Part shown: positions 1-10,513 of the stretch, in pieces | Layout: every line of letters starts with the position of its first letter | Position numbering within the stretch: position 1 is the stretch's first letter | DNA from: an uncultured Bacteroidales bacterium | GTDB lineage: Bacteria; Bacteroidota; Bacteroidia; Bacteroidales; UBA4417 | Reading direction: 5' to 3' | NCBI GenBank assembly: GCA_903946925.1 | Contig: CAJAXK010000103.1 | Span: 2,388-66,387 of the forward strand | DNA: 64,000 bases | Notes under the pieces: model-generated | Told to the model about the DNA's origin: nothing | What the model saw: only the letters and a program-made list of their open reading frames with translations | The model's database searches: none | Translations under genes and position numbers: made by a program

Positions 1-1001
1 AGCATCGAACAGTTGTCAACAGTTACAAATGCTGCACCATCAGCAATATTAACACACGAATAACCAAAGTCGGTTGCAACCACATCCTTTGCCCAGCAGT
101 TTTGCGCATTATCAATAAATACCGCATTCCAGCCATGGTCTTCATCAGTTGGGGAAGTGTAAGTTGAACTCATTTTCAGGTTCTCGACCCCACAATTCTG
201 GATGCGTGAAGATGAAAATTTTACCACATATCCGTTGGCATATTGAGGATCAATCAAATCCATGACCGGCGCATCAAAAGTGAGCGCATTCCCCTGGATG
301 GCAACAATTTGCCTTTCGTAACTTATTTTGTAGGCCGAAGCTGTCCAGTTTGTGGCAGTAGGATCATAATTTGTTAGCAAATCCATGCCAAGCATATGGA
401 TCCATGCATCATTGGGTTCGCGCCGCAAATGAACCCAGTCGCCAACAACAAAGGAATGTCCGGCTTCAACGCTAACCGTTTTTGCTCCTATTGGCACAAA
501 AGCGTCGGTAATTTTTTTCTGGGTTGCAGAAAATTCATTTTTACCTGAACTTCCTTTTATGATAATCAAACTGTATTGGGTAGTTCCGGTTGCCCTCAGA
601 TTGGTGGATATTCCTTCGCCACGCAATACAATACCACTTGCCGAAACTTTAATGGACTGGCTAATCTGATATGTTCCACTTTTAAACAAGATTGCTCCCC
701 TTAAGCCATTTGCCAGGAGAGGCATTGCCGCCACTTCGTTGATAGCAGCCTGAATATTTGCGTAATTATCGCCCGAAACTGCATTTATGGTTTTAACAAC
801 CTCGACTTCTGGAATTTCAGACTCACCATTTTTGTATCCAACACCACTAAAGTCGGGTATTCTGTTGCCTTTTTCATCCGACTGATATACCAGTTTCCCA
901 TTAGAATCTAATGAAACCAAAGTAGAAGTTTGTCCCAATACAAATTCGGATAAGCCTACAAAGCAGATTAGTAAAATAATTATGCTACCTAGTTTTGTCA
1001 T
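1..1001 (-). CDS. Secreted pectin-lyase-fold (right-handed beta-helix) protein, partial; 3' end lies off the left edge
   Basis: Not in the ORF track (no stop in window). Manual translation from ATG at 1001: MTKLGSIIILLICFVGLSEFVLGQ (signal) ...GNRIPDFSGVGY...GDNYANIQAAIN...RGAILFKSGTY...SGIVLRGEG, the typical N-terminus of pectate-lyase-superfamily beta-helix proteins. Confidence 0.8.
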   Translation of the reverse strand, partial: MTKLGSIIILLICFVGLSEFVLGQTSTLVSLDSNGKLVYQSDEKGNRIPDFSGVGYKNGESEIPEVEVVKTINAVSGDNYANIQAAINEVAAMPLLANGLRGAILFKSGTYQISQSIKVSASGIVLRGEGISTNLRATGTTQYSLIIIKGSSGKNEFSATQKKITDAFVPIGAKTVSVEAGHSFVVGDWVHLRREPNDAWIHMLGMDLLTNYDPTATNWTASAYKISYERQIVAIQGNALTFDAPVMDLIDPQYANGYVVKFSSSRIQNCGVENLKMSSTYTSPTDEDHGWNAVFIDNAQNCWAKDVVATDFGYSCVNIADGAAFVTVDNCSM

Positions 1002-1030
1002 TTAGTCAGGAAGTCGGCTTTTAGTTGTTT

Positions 1031-1783
1031 TCACTTTGTTTGATGGTTCAGGCTCTGGCAATATTCGTAAGACAACACAAATTCACAACCTTCAGAAATC
1101 AGAAATTCGATGATTTTGTTAAATTGCTCCAGCTTTTCGGGTGTCCACTTATTGGGATGACCTTGTAAAATCATGTAATCCGTGAACTTATCTTTGTTTT
1201 TGGTGTAATTTTCTTCGAAATATCCGAACTCGGGGTTTCCTGTTCCATTTTCGATTTTTACCCGATTATCGAGGCATAAAATTCCATTCTTTTCATTCGT
1301 AGTTTTGCCGCCAAACAGAAAAACCTTGTAGTTTGGGTTCTCAATTAAAACCCGGTTGGTAACAGAATCGCCATTATTGTAAGGAGTTCCGAATGTGTGC
1401 ATTTGTATGCCCAACAGCTTTTTTACCAATTGATCAGCTTCTTCAAAATGGGATTTTTGGTATTCGTAAGCCGTTCCCATAAATTCAGGCCTTACATGAT
1501 CCAAGCCGTGATGCCAGATTTCGAAAAGGCTTTCCCCTTTTGCATTTTTCGCATTCAGGTAAGGGTTTAAAATCTTAGCTGCACTGCTATCGTTACGATT
1601 GGCAATTATTCCAAGTCCGGCTTTGATTTGATTCTGTATCAAATAATCTAGCGTTGGCACAAATTGGCATATTCCCTCTTTGACGGATAAATCATCCAGT
1701 TTGAGAATGATTTTTGGGGAAGCTGTCGAAAAGTTTAACCCCCAAAAAACGATAAATAGTAGCAGTGCTGCAGTTATTCGCAT
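1031..1783 (-). CDS. Polysaccharide deacetylase-like (NodB/DUF2334-type) protein with signal peptide
   Basis: LKLDD, HGLDH, TPYN and ILQGHP motifs of the CE4-like fold; start overlaps the stop of the upstream sulfatase. Confidence 0.7.
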   Translation of the reverse strand: MRITAALLLFIVFWGLNFSTASPKIILKLDDLSVKEGICQFVPTLDYLIQNQIKAGLGIIANRNDSSAAKILNPYLNAKNAKGESLFEIWHHGLDHVRPEFMGTAYEYQKSHFEEADQLVKKLLGIQMHTFGTPYNNGDSVTNRVLIENPNYKVFLFGGKTTNEKNGILCLDNRVKIENGTGNPEFGYFEENYTKNKDKFTDYMILQGHPNKWTPEKLEQFNKIIEFLISEGCEFVLSYEYCQSLNHQTK

Positions 1784-3168
1784 TATTCTTTTTTGTTTTT
1801 CTTTTTAGCTTCTTTATCCGCCTTGCTTTTAGCCTTATCCGCATGACGGCCGCTTCCATCACCGTTATCAATGTATCCCCCGGCAGGGTTCAAGCGGTCG
1901 AGTTCAGTTTGCAGGCTTTTTCGTGCATCAATGGCTTTTGGGTCTTTTGTATCAACAGGAATCAGAATTTCTTCAAAAGGCGCTTTACTCATATCGTATA
2001 ATTCTCCGGTCTGATTTAATTTGTAATCGACATTCCTAACATAATAGTTGTTGGCCAATTGAACAAAAATGGATGCTCGGGGATTTCCCTTTTCGCCATG
2101 CAACTGTGCGTTAAAACTTTGGCCATCAAGAATTTTATCTTTCGGAAGTTGAGCCCCGGCTATCTCGGCGAATGTGGGGACAAAGTCAACTGCACTTATT
2201 AAATCACCCGAAACTTTTCCTTTTGGGGTAACACCAGGCCAATACACAATTAGGGGCTCAAGGCTTCCACCTTCCTGCATCGACCCTTTCTGCCCTATCA
2301 GTCTGCGCCCACCGATGGTTGCAGCGTTAGCCCTGCCTCCGGCGGTTCCATTATCGCCAAAGAAAACAATGATGGTATTATCGCTCAGTTTCAGTCGGTC
2401 GAGTTCAGATCTTAATTGGCCAACCAGTTTATCCATATAGGCTACGTTATCAGCATAAATGTTTTTGCTGTCGGCTTTGCTGTCGGGAGTAGGCAATATT
2501 TCGGTATGTACATGCGACAGGGAATAGTACGCATAAAACGGTTTGTCCCGATTTTGAGTCATAAATTCAACCAGTCGTTTGTGCATCACATCCGGCATAT
2601 ATTCTTTATCGTTGAGTTCTGTCTCAACTCCGTTCAGGAGATACGTTTTGCCTTTGTCCTGAGTATTCCAATAAACCCCGCTTCCCTTAAATTTAAGATA
2701 ATCATCGAATCCCCAATCAGATGGGCCGAGTGGAAGTTGTCCCCATTTGCCAATTGAGATGGATGCGTAACCTGCTTGTTTGAGGTATGCTGGCATCATG
2801 GTTTCTTCTGTTGGTTTCATCTGGCCAGTAGCATCCTGGTTGGTAGCGCCGGTTCGAAACAAATGCCTGCCTGTTAGGATGGTTGCACGTGAAGGACCAC
2901 AAAGCGGGGCTGTAAAGGCATTCGTAAACCGGACTCCCTGACTCGCTAATTTGTCAATATTCGGAGTTTTATAATTGTCAGCTCCGTAGCAACCTACTTC
3001 GCCAATACCTAAATCATCGGCAAGGATGAAAATAATATTGGGCTTCTTTTGCTCTTTTTTTTGCGCTTCAGCTATTGACGGATTCAGCGATGCTAAGATG
3101 ACAGATAAGACTATCAATACAATAGTCCTAAACAAATTGGTGTTCGGAATTTTCTTCATAATATTCAT
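1783..3168 (-). CDS. Family S1 sulfatase (arylsulfatase A-like)
   Basis: KPNIIFILADDLG, CGPSRATILTG (CxPxR), GKW and GDNG motifs; signal peptide. Confidence 0.95.
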   Translation of the reverse strand: MNIMKKIPNTNLFRTIVLIVLSVILASLNPSIAEAQKKEQKKPNIIFILADDLGIGEVGCYGADNYKTPNIDKLASQGVRFTNAFTAPLCGPSRATILTGRHLFRTGATNQDATGQMKPTEETMMPAYLKQAGYASISIGKWGQLPLGPSDWGFDDYLKFKGSGVYWNTQDKGKTYLLNGVETELNDKEYMPDVMHKRLVEFMTQNRDKPFYAYYSLSHVHTEILPTPDSKADSKNIYADNVAYMDKLVGQLRSELDRLKLSDNTIIVFFGDNGTAGGRANAATIGGRRLIGQKGSMQEGGSLEPLIVYWPGVTPKGKVSGDLISAVDFVPTFAEIAGAQLPKDKILDGQSFNAQLHGEKGNPRASIFVQLANNYYVRNVDYKLNQTGELYDMSKAPFEEILIPVDTKDPKAIDARKSLQTELDRLNPAGGYIDNGDGSGRHADKAKSKADKEAKKKNKKE

Positions 3169-3180
3169 GTAGTTATTGTT

Positions 3181-4425
3181 TTAATTTTTGTTGTTAAAAT
3201 CAATCCAGAGCAATGAGCTTTTAAATGACACTGATTCACTATTTTTATTGTTGCTGCTATTTTTGTCCAGAGATTTCCATAATTCAAACCATTGATTGTC
3301 ATCCCCGGCCAATGCTGCAAAAAGCATAAAATGTCGTGCTGAGGGTTTGTTATTCCAATGTGAAACATCTTTTTTATAAGGCCATTTTGTTTTATCATTT
3401 AAATAGGGCATTATAAAATCTAATCCTTTCGTTAACCCACGTCCATCAGGAAGGGAATAATTCCAAACACTGAATGTTTTGTCGGAGAGAGACCAGGCAA
3501 GTGAAGCCATAGCATCGAGATTGAAAAGTGAATATGAGTAGGGATTGGTTCTTTCCAATTCGAGGGGAAAACTTCCATCTGCTGCCATTTGGTTGGGCAA
3601 TAAAGTATTTTTGTACTGATCCAGGCATTGTTGCAACACTTGTTCATCGCCTACCAAACGTGCATACACAGCTAATTGGGCATGCCACCACATACCGTGG
3701 TTGTTTTTTGCATTCATCTCATCTATCCCATAAGGATGTGTGGTAAGCCAGGAAAGGAATTGTTTGAACCATTCTTTGATCGAAGCTATATCTTGGCTTG
3801 TCAAGGAATTTGATTTCTCCAGAATCATAACCGAACGGGCAACATCCATCAACGGAACAGCATCAATAATTCCAACTCCTCGTCCAGTACAAATCCCTTT
3901 AATTGCTTGAGAATATAGCATGTTGGGATTCATCAGGGTTGCAGTATCAATAAACCATGCTGTTAAATGCTTCATGGCCGATTTGGCATATTTTTCTTTG
4001 CCGGTTAAAAGCCATGCTGAAGTTTCGGTACTTACAATCCGTGAAAAATACACTAGACATTTATCATGATCCTGGAAACGCTCAGGATTTCTTATTCCAT
4101 CTTTTCTTATGTAAGGTCCATTTGGATTGGCCGGATCGGGCCACCAATAAGGCCCGTCAGAATGAAAATCATGCTTTCCGCCTATATTTCCAGGACTTGA
4201 AAATGAGGTGATTGTCTTGGGTTTAACATTCAGAAGTTTATTGGCTGTTCCAATTACCCTATCACGCTCAACTTCAATGATCTTCGTTACTAAAGAATCA
4301 TAAGAAGTTTGATTCTGATTGACTTCTGTGCCTTTTCCAATGTTCAGGGCAAAGCCTGTTGGGAAAGATACAAGAAGTATCAGTATTAGGATGAGTATTT
4401 TAAAACCTTGATTTAGCATTGCCAT
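3181..4425 (-). CDS. Alginate-lyase-domain polysaccharide lyase, PL38-like (alpha/alpha toroid)
   Basis: KHDFHSDGPYWWPDP..GPYIRKDG, GRGVGIID, NNHG, QMAADGSFPLELERT and YSLFNL motifs. Confidence 0.85.
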   Translation of the reverse strand: MAMLNQGFKILILILILLVSFPTGFALNIGKGTEVNQNQTSYDSLVTKIIEVERDRVIGTANKLLNVKPKTITSFSSPGNIGGKHDFHSDGPYWWPDPANPNGPYIRKDGIRNPERFQDHDKCLVYFSRIVSTETSAWLLTGKEKYAKSAMKHLTAWFIDTATLMNPNMLYSQAIKGICTGRGVGIIDAVPLMDVARSVMILEKSNSLTSQDIASIKEWFKQFLSWLTTHPYGIDEMNAKNNHGMWWHAQLAVYARLVGDEQVLQQCLDQYKNTLLPNQMAADGSFPLELERTNPYSYSLFNLDAMASLAWSLSDKTFSVWNYSLPDGRGLTKGLDFIMPYLNDKTKWPYKKDVSHWNNKPSARHFMLFAALAGDDNQWFELWKSLDKNSSNNKNSESVSFKSSLLWIDFNNKN

Positions 4426-4428
4426 TTA

Positions 4429-6072
4429 TTATTTCCTTTTCACCTGGGTTGCCAAAAAGTTTAGCATTTTTTCATTCATATCTGCAACAGGAACTGAGTA
4501 ATGTGGATCATCAGCCACATTAACAGTTTCATTAGGATCTTTCTGATAATCATATAATTCAGCTCCAACTATCAGTTTTTGATCAAAGGCCTGGCTGCTT
4601 CTGAAATTATCTTTCATCCAGATAGTATAACGGTAACGGTCTGTCCTGATTGAATACCCCATGCATTTCCCTACAGCATAACCCAGGCGTTCCGTCTCAC
4701 CGCTTGAACCACTTCGAGGATACTGGCTCACGGAAAACTCCTTTACTTTTTTATTCGGCTGTTTCATTACCGGAACCTGACTTTTTCCATCAAGTTGAGT
4801 TGGAACCGGAACTCCGGCTAAATCGCACAAGGTTGGGAAAACATCAACAAATTCAGAAGGTGATGATGAAACGGATGGTTTAATTCCCGGCGATGAAATA
4901 ATAAGTGGGGCATGAGTTGCCTGTTCGAAGTTCGTGTGTTTACACCAGAGATTATGATCACCCAAGTGCCAGCCATGATCGCCCCATAAAACAATAATGG
5001 TATTTTCAGTTAATTCTAACGAATCCAAAGTGTTTAATAAAACTCCTACCTGAGCATCGGTATACGAAACAGCTGCATAATAGCCATGAATAAGTTCTTT
5101 TTGTTTATCAAGAGGCAGTGTCAGCCCATAATCCATTTGGTCAGTGAATTCCAGTAATGCCGGGATATCAGAATAAGCACGAAGTTCGCCTGCATTGTGA
5201 TAGGCAAGATCAGGACCGTTTTTCGATTTTTCCTGAAATTCAGCAACAGGCATTTCATCCCGATTATACATGTCCCAGTATTTTTTAGGAGCTACAAAAG
5301 GCAAATGTGGTTTTGAAAAACCTACTGCAAAAAAGAATGGTTTACCCTCCGTTTTCAGTTTCCCTAAAATCTCTTTAGCCCGCAATACATTTGCACCGTC
5401 ATTGTAGGCATTATCTGCAACATTGGCACACTCAACCGATGGTTTAACCAATTTTGAAACATAGGCATCAATTTCGCCTTTGGTAATTCCTTTATCCTTA
5501 GCTTCTTTGGTATATTTTTCCACCAATTCCTTGGTTTCGGGCGACTGGTATTGACCTAAAGATGGAAACCCTGTTTCCTGTGAATAATATTTTGCTTCTG
5601 TTTTAAAATAATTATAATACGGCACGCTCCAGGATGGCGCATCCATTTGTTTGTCAACACATCTCGAATCATATATTTTACCAATCCCTTGGGTTGAATA
5701 TCCCTGACTGATAAGGTATTGGGGTAAACTTAAAATATCAGGATTCACATCGCGCATCCTCGTTTTCAAGTCCCAAATCCCGGTATTATCCGGACGCAGA
5801 CCTGTCATAATACTGGCCCGTGTTGGTCCGCATACGGCCTGCTGGCAGTAATTTTGCATAAAAACTGTACCCATGGCTGCCAGTCGATCGATATTTGGCG
5901 TTTTAATCATTTTATTGCCGTAACATCCAAGTATTGGTTTAAGGTCGTCTATTGCAATGAACAGGATATTAGGTTTGGCACTCTTCTTCTGCGAAAAAAC
6001 AGGCGTTGTTAGCAAGCCAAGTAAAACAAGGATTACAATTTGATATACAGCTATGTTTTTAAACTTCATCAT
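4429..6072 (-). CDS. Sulfatase, iduronate-2-sulfatase-like (S1_7-like)
   Basis: AIDDLKP, CGPTRAS, GKIY, KPHLPF and GDHGWHLGDH motifs. Confidence 0.93.
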   Translation of the reverse strand: MMKFKNIAVYQIVILVLLGLLTTPVFSQKKSAKPNILFIAIDDLKPILGCYGNKMIKTPNIDRLAAMGTVFMQNYCQQAVCGPTRASIMTGLRPDNTGIWDLKTRMRDVNPDILSLPQYLISQGYSTQGIGKIYDSRCVDKQMDAPSWSVPYYNYFKTEAKYYSQETGFPSLGQYQSPETKELVEKYTKEAKDKGITKGEIDAYVSKLVKPSVECANVADNAYNDGANVLRAKEILGKLKTEGKPFFFAVGFSKPHLPFVAPKKYWDMYNRDEMPVAEFQEKSKNGPDLAYHNAGELRAYSDIPALLEFTDQMDYGLTLPLDKQKELIHGYYAAVSYTDAQVGVLLNTLDSLELTENTIIVLWGDHGWHLGDHNLWCKHTNFEQATHAPLIISSPGIKPSVSSSPSEFVDVFPTLCDLAGVPVPTQLDGKSQVPVMKQPNKKVKEFSVSQYPRSGSSGETERLGYAVGKCMGYSIRTDRYRYTIWMKDNFRSSQAFDQKLIVGAELYDYQKDPNETVNVADDPHYSVPVADMNEKMLNFLATQVKRK

Positions 6073-6107
6073 TGTTTCTCTAATAAACCTGCCATCCTTT
6101 TAGCATG

Positions 6108-6779
6108 TTACTTCTGATTGTTTACCGGAACTTTAAACTCGATAACAATATTAAAAAGTGGGGTATCGGTGCTTAAGTTTTTCACAACATGAACCACTGG
6201 CTCGGCAAACTTTACCGTATTCGGCACCTGAATGCCTCCTCCGGGACTTCCGTTTGGTTTGTTGCGAGGATCAGTAAGTTGTACTTCGTTTAGGCGAACC
6301 ACAACCCGCTGAGCATGGCTGTGAAGTTCGCGTGTATCGCCAGGCGCGAGCTTTTCTTCGAAAACACGAAACTCATCATCTTCATAGACAATAGTGTTCT
6401 TTACAGGTTCGAGCCATTCATCCGGTCCTTTAACCGGAGGATGATTTTTCTTAAAAGCCACTTCAAAATACTCGCCACCAGAAACCTGGCAGGATTCTCC
6501 TGGCTGAAAAACAGCAATTTCACCTCGACTGAGAGTTTTATTGATTTTGCCGCTCCTTACATTTAATTGATTCAGTGCAACCACCACCCGTGTGCCAAAG
6601 AGTTTTTTATCGGAAGTATTTTCAACCGTTGAGTTTAGCATAACTCTCACATAACTATTTTCCAAAGCTACTGAATCAGTATTCTTTGAAAGATTTGGCA
6701 TTCTGATTATTGCAGCTGATGAGGCCGAGACACCAATAGCAAGAATCAAATACGTTATTATAAGCGGTTTGTTGATCAA
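6108..6779 (-). CDS. Secreted protein with a cupin-like fold
   Basis: Signal peptide; two related halves (LENSYVRV / YEDDEFRV); ELHSHAQRVVV...HVVKN cupin-like metal motif in the second half. Non-ATG start. Confidence 0.6.
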   Translation of the reverse strand: MINKPLIITYLILAIGVSASSAAIIRMPNLSKNTDSVALENSYVRVMLNSTVENTSDKKLFGTRVVVALNQLNVRSGKINKTLSRGEIAVFQPGESCQVSGGEYFEVAFKKNHPPVKGPDEWLEPVKNTIVYEDDEFRVFEEKLAPGDTRELHSHAQRVVVRLNEVQLTDPRNKPNGSPGGGIQVPNTVKFAEPVVHVVKNLSTDTPLFNIVIEFKVPVNNQK

Positions 6780-6867
6780 TGTGAGATTTTTTTTTTAAAA
6801 TTCAATTATCAGTATGGATTCTTTGCTTACCCCGAAATTGCAATTTACTTTTTCCTTTCACTATTGT

Positions 6868-8448
6868 TTATTCCACCTCATTTCTATTGCTTTTCCCTGT
6901 TTTAATGTCTGTCCGAATCGGGGTTTTGAAATCAGCTATTTTTGCAAAATCGGTACAGCTCTTGTATTCGCGCTGCATTGTTTCAAGGAAGAGTTTTTCC
7001 ATCCTTTTTTGTTCTTCAGCATATTCAGGCTTATCGATGACGCTCATTGTTTCCAGAGGATCTTTTTCGTAATCATACATTTCACGGGCCATCACATATT
7101 TTTTATCATAAGGCATGTTAGTCCTGTAGCTGTCTTTCATCCATTCGGTATAACGGAAACGACCGGTACGAACGGTATATCCCATCACTTTGCCATTCTC
7201 ACGGGGATACTGGCTGAAGGTATATTCATGTAAATTGGCATCCGGTTTTTTAATTGCAGGAACTAGGCTTATTCCGTCAAGATAGTTGGGTACAGGGATA
7301 TTTGTCAACTCGCATAAGGTTGGAAAAACATCAGTAAACTCGCATAATGTAAGAGGCCTTAAACCTGGCTTTGTACCGGGAACACTCATCATCAGCAGTG
7401 TATGAGTAGCTTCTTCGAAATCGGTGTGCTTGTTCCATAAGCCATGATCGCCAAGGTGCCAGCCATGGTCGCCCCAGAGCACTATTATTGTGTTTTCGCG
7501 AATTCCGAGTTTATCAAGTTCGTCGAGCAACTGTAAAATCTGGGCATCCATGTACGACATTGAAGCATAATAGCCGTGAATCAGTTCCCGCTGTTTGTCT
7601 GCCGGTAAATGATCAAGTTCTTTTTCTGAATAGCTGTCGAAATCAGGAATATCAGAGTAATTTTTCAATTCGCCGGAGCGATGGTAGGCTATATTGGGAC
7701 TGTTTTGGGCTTTTTGCTGGAAAGGTGCGAGTTCGAATTTGCTCCTGTCGTACATATCCCAATATTTCTTTGGTGCTACAAACGGAAGATGAGGCCTCAA
7801 AAAACCAACAGCCAGAAAAAACGGTTTTTCATTCTTGCTTAAGCTATCAAGCAATTCGATTGCCATCCCTGTTAGTTTACCATCATGATAAGTATTATCT
7901 GGAACATCGGCGCACTCAACGGCTTTCCCTCTCCCTTTCTCATTCGGCACATAAGGAAGTGCATAAACAGGGCACTTGGCATCCCGATACGGAATACTCC
8001 ACGATGGGCCATCATGCCCTGGACCCGTACTGCCCATGTGGTAAATTTTACCCATTCCGGCAGTTTCGTATCCCATTGATTTAAAATACTCCGGAATTGT
8101 GACTGCGTTTGGATTAACTTGCCTGAAATCAGTTACCAAATCCCAAACCCTGGTTTTATCGGGACGCATACCCGTCATGATACTTGCCCTGGTTGCAGCA
8201 CAAATAGCCTGCGAACAATAACTTCTTTGGAAAACAACACCTTGGTTTGCGAGCTTATCCATCCCCGGAGTTTTTGCAATCATATCACCGTATGCAGCAA
8301 TGTTTGGTTTAAGATCATCTACGGCAATAAAGAGGATATTCGGTTTCTTAGGTTTGGGCACAGAATCAGTGGCAAAAAGCAGGAGAGGCACTAAAATTGT
8401 AAAAGCCAAACTAAGACTGATCGATTGAAAATAGTTGTTTGTTGTCAT
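6868..8448 (-). CDS. Sulfatase, iduronate-2-sulfatase-like (S1_7-like), paralog 1
   Basis: AVDDLKP, CAATRAS (CxAxR), GKIYH, RPHLPF and GDHGWHLGDH motifs. Confidence 0.93.
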   Translation of the reverse strand: MTTNNYFQSISLSLAFTILVPLLLFATDSVPKPKKPNILFIAVDDLKPNIAAYGDMIAKTPGMDKLANQGVVFQRSYCSQAICAATRASIMTGMRPDKTRVWDLVTDFRQVNPNAVTIPEYFKSMGYETAGMGKIYHMGSTGPGHDGPSWSIPYRDAKCPVYALPYVPNEKGRGKAVECADVPDNTYHDGKLTGMAIELLDSLSKNEKPFFLAVGFLRPHLPFVAPKKYWDMYDRSKFELAPFQQKAQNSPNIAYHRSGELKNYSDIPDFDSYSEKELDHLPADKQRELIHGYYASMSYMDAQILQLLDELDKLGIRENTIIVLWGDHGWHLGDHGLWNKHTDFEEATHTLLMMSVPGTKPGLRPLTLCEFTDVFPTLCELTNIPVPNYLDGISLVPAIKKPDANLHEYTFSQYPRENGKVMGYTVRTGRFRYTEWMKDSYRTNMPYDKKYVMAREMYDYEKDPLETMSVIDKPEYAEEQKRMEKLFLETMQREYKSCTDFAKIADFKTPIRTDIKTGKSNRNEVE

Positions 8449-8491
8449 TCTTTAATCGTATTTCAAATTGCATTTACTCAAATTCCCGGAA

Positions 8492-10093
8492 TTAATCTTC
8501 GCTTTGCACTTTCACCTTCACTTTGCCTTTTTTATTTTTGCTCTTATCTGATCCGGTTGGAATAGGTTCTTTAAAATCGGCAATTTTTGAGTATTCGATA
8601 CAACTTGTGTATTCCTTCTTCATATTATCAATGAAAAGTTGTTCCATTTTTTTCTGGTCCTGCAGGTATTCAGGTTTGTCGATAATGCTGACTGTTTCAT
8701 TCGGGTCTTTTTCGTAATCGTACATTTCGCGTGCCATTACATATTTTTTGTCATAAGGCATGTAGGTCCTGAAACTGTCTTTCATCCATTCGGTATAGCG
8801 GTAACGTGCTGTGCGGATGGTATATCCCATTACTTTACCTTTTTCGCGGGGGTACTGGCTAAATGCAAAATCGCGCAGTTGGGCATCCGGCTTTTTAATG
8901 GCAGGAACTAAGCTTATCCCATCCAGGTATTTGGGTGCAGGTATATTCATTAGTTCACAAAGTGTTGGATAAACATCAGTGAATTCGCACAAAGTCAACG
9001 GCCTTATCCCAGGTTTTGTACCCGGTACACTCATCATCAGTAGCGTGTGGGTAGCTTGTTCGAAATTGGTATGCTTGTTCCATAATCCGTGATCGCCCAG
9101 ATGCCAGCCATGGTCGCCCCATACAACGATAATTGTGTTTTCACGGATTCCAAGTTTATCAAGTTCGTTGATTAACATTAGGATTTGAGCATCGGTGTAT
9201 GATGTAGCTGCATAATATCCATGTATCAGTTCCCTTTGTTTGTCAGCCGGCAAATGATCCAGATCGTTTTCCGAATAGCTCTGGAATTGCGGGATATCCG
9301 TATAGCTTTTTAATTCTCCTGATACATGATAGGCTACATCCGGGCTGCCTTTTGCTTTTTGTTGAAAGGGTGCAAGCTCAAATTTGTTCCTGTCGTATAA
9401 ATCCCAGTATTTTTTAGGCGCAACAAAAGGCAGATGAGGCTTGCGAAATCCAACAGCCAGGAAAAATGGCTTACTGCCTTTGCTTAATTTCTCAAGGGAA
9501 GCAATGGCCAATTTTGTCAGCGCACCGTCAGCGTAAGTATCATCAGGAACATCGGCACATTCAGTTGCTTTGCCTTTGCCTTTTTGATTAATCTGGTTGG
9601 GCAATGCATAAGTGGGGCGTTTGGCATCTTCGAAAGGGACACTCCATGAGCGTGCATCGTGGCCGGGACCAGTACTGCCTATATGGAAGATTTTACCCAT
9701 TGCGGCTGTTTCATATCCCATCGATTTGAAATATTCTGGCATGGAAACCGCATTTGGGTTAACCTGGCGAAAATCGGTTACCAAATCCCAAACCCTGGTT
9801 TTGTCAGGACGCAAACCTGTCATTATACTTGCCCTGGTAGCAGCGCAAATGGCCTGCGAACAATAACTTCTCTGAAAAACGACCCCTTCATTGGCCAGCC
9901 GGTCCAAACCCGGGGTTTTGGCATTCAAATCGCCATAAGCGCCCACGTTTGGCTTGAGATCATCAACCGCAATAAACAGGATATTCGGTTTTTTCGGTTT
10001 CGGTTCAGGACTTGTGGAAAATTGCAGGAAAGATGCAAAACCGATCAAAACCAGACTGAGACTAATAGTTCGAAGAATTTTCTTTTTCATCAT
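8492..10093 (-). CDS. Sulfatase, iduronate-2-sulfatase-like (S1_7-like), paralog 2
   Basis: Same motifs as 6868..8448, with long near-identical protein and DNA stretches. Confidence 0.93.
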   Translation of the reverse strand: MMKKKILRTISLSLVLIGFASFLQFSTSPEPKPKKPNILFIAVDDLKPNVGAYGDLNAKTPGLDRLANEGVVFQRSYCSQAICAATRASIMTGLRPDKTRVWDLVTDFRQVNPNAVSMPEYFKSMGYETAAMGKIFHIGSTGPGHDARSWSVPFEDAKRPTYALPNQINQKGKGKATECADVPDDTYADGALTKLAIASLEKLSKGSKPFFLAVGFRKPHLPFVAPKKYWDLYDRNKFELAPFQQKAKGSPDVAYHVSGELKSYTDIPQFQSYSENDLDHLPADKQRELIHGYYAATSYTDAQILMLINELDKLGIRENTIIVVWGDHGWHLGDHGLWNKHTNFEQATHTLLMMSVPGTKPGIRPLTLCEFTDVYPTLCELMNIPAPKYLDGISLVPAIKKPDAQLRDFAFSQYPREKGKVMGYTIRTARYRYTEWMKDSFRTYMPYDKKYVMAREMYDYEKDPNETVSIIDKPEYLQDQKKMEQLFIDNMKKEYTSCIEYSKIADFKEPIPTGSDKSKNKKGKVKVKVQSED

Positions 10094-10230
10094 TCTTATT
10101 TCGTTTTTTGTGTTTACAAATTTTGACTTTAAATCTTTAATCTGGTTTAATTTTCAGCACATTAATTTCTGATTAAGAGCAAACAGCATTTTACCTACTC
10201 CCTTCTCAAAATTGCCTTTACTATCTTATT

Positions 10231-10337
10231 CTATCTCAAAAATACCTTGAAGCAGGGTTACACACTACACATTATATGGCTTATTCTTCAAAAAATCGGT
10301 CATAATACAAATCATCAATCAAAATGATGTAATAATG
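10231..10337 (-). promoter_or_regulatory. Diverged fourth copy of the PUL promoter module, with -7 box TATTTTTG (10237-10244, minus strand)
   Basis: ttatatggcttattctt..aaaaatcggtcataatacaaatcatcaatcaaaatgat aligns without gaps to the 23278/31409/36048 copies, and the TAnnTTTG box falls at the same offset. Confidence 0.65.
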
Positions 10338-10513
10338 AAAGCACAAAGCGAACACTTTATAATTAACCTTCATTATTGTATGCATAATATCATTATCCTG
10401 CCTCCTAAAAGTTCCTTACAATCAAAAACAATTGAGGGAAAAACCGAAGGTTTGCAAAAGAATTGGATAATGTAATAATCTGTTAAGTCCGCTTCAGCGG
10501 AAAACGCAATTAT

